Shown: positions 63,369 to 64,000 of the stretch, in pieces
How the letters are laid out: every line of letters begins with the position of its first letter
Numbering within the stretch: the first letter of the stretch is position 1
From: Lama glama
Taxonomy: Eukaryota
Assembly (NCBI GenBank): GCA_028534125.1
Contig: CM052817.1
Coordinates: 60,948,001-61,012,000 of the forward strand
Direction of reading: 5' to 3'
Length of the DNA stretch: 64,000 nt
The notes under the pieces: model-generated
What the model was told of the DNA's origin: nothing
The model's input: only the letters and a program-made list of their open reading frames with translations
The model's database searches: none
Made by a program: the position numbers and the translations under genes

Positions 63369-64000
63369 AAACCTAGTTAAATAACCTCTACTCAACCAGA
63401 AGGCAGGAGTGCTATTTATTATACATATTGCAGAATTCTTCTATGATGCCTATAAGCAACAGAAAGTTCTAGGTCAATTTCAATTAAAAATCTGCTTTCT
63501 TCACAGTGGCTCCGTTCCTACTTAATTGTGGCACCCACTCAGTTGAATGCACATGCCCAGGGAATTCTCTAGGAAGCAGAGCTACATCCATGAAGAATCT
63601 CTGCCTTTCAGATCAATACTTCTAAGCACTAGAGGGTTGGGAAGATGGTTACTCAATCCTCACTCTGAAAGAAAAACACGTTTCTAAGTGTTGGGATCTA
63701 CCATCATGCTCTTACTCAGCCTGGTTATCTTAAATGCTTGGCCCGGTGCCAGGCATGCAGTAGGTACTCGACCATAAATGTTTGTTTAAATAAATTATTT
63801 AAAACATAGAATAGATTCCAACTTCCCTTTTCACAAACTTCTAGAACTATTTATTTTCCTATATTCATAAAGCCACAAAGCGTAGAAGGCATAGTTTGTC
63901 ATCAAATTTTATATGACACGTCTAAAGCTCTCAGGTACTTTAACAGCAAATTTATTTGAAACATAAGGCTGTCAACAGTGTGTGCAAATTTAAGATATTT

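Noticed and set aside
1..64000. CRISPR array, operon or other prokaryote-type system
   Set aside because: No regularly spaced repeat-spacer array or gene-dense block; the window is typical mammalian DNA.

Overview
Mammalian genomic DNA, most likely a camelid (inferred from the tRNA-derived SINE and young L1 3' ends). The only supportable protein-coding gene is the intronless bHLH gene ATOH1 (+, 4389-5447, 352 aa). It has a CpG-island promoter with four CACGCG class-C sites, a 3' UTR, and the known 3' autoregulatory enhancers A and B about 3.3-4.8 kb past the stop codon. The remaining ~53 kb is a repeat-rich gene desert (L1, L2, MIR, MLT1/MaLR LTRs, hAT MER elements, lineage SINEs, microsatellites) with a 500-N scaffold gap at 46226-46725. 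I cannot support a wholly new biological system. The most unusual observations are: (1) a CpG-rich ~200-bp fragment resembling another gene's intron end plus terminal coding exon, inserted at a broken MLT1 LTR (37690-37900); (2) a tail-to-tail inverted L1 pair with patchwise near-identity suggesting gene conversion; (3) an exact 48-bp copy of part of a decayed MER20 placed 1.44 kb upstream with a repetitive junction; (4) two distal, apparently repeat-free, motif-dense enhancer candidates (~50.6-51.35 kb and ~55.4-56.35 kb); (5) a multi-hairpin segment at 36.5 kb. Repeat family names come from recognising consensus-like sequence by eye, not from a search, and their boundaries are approximate.
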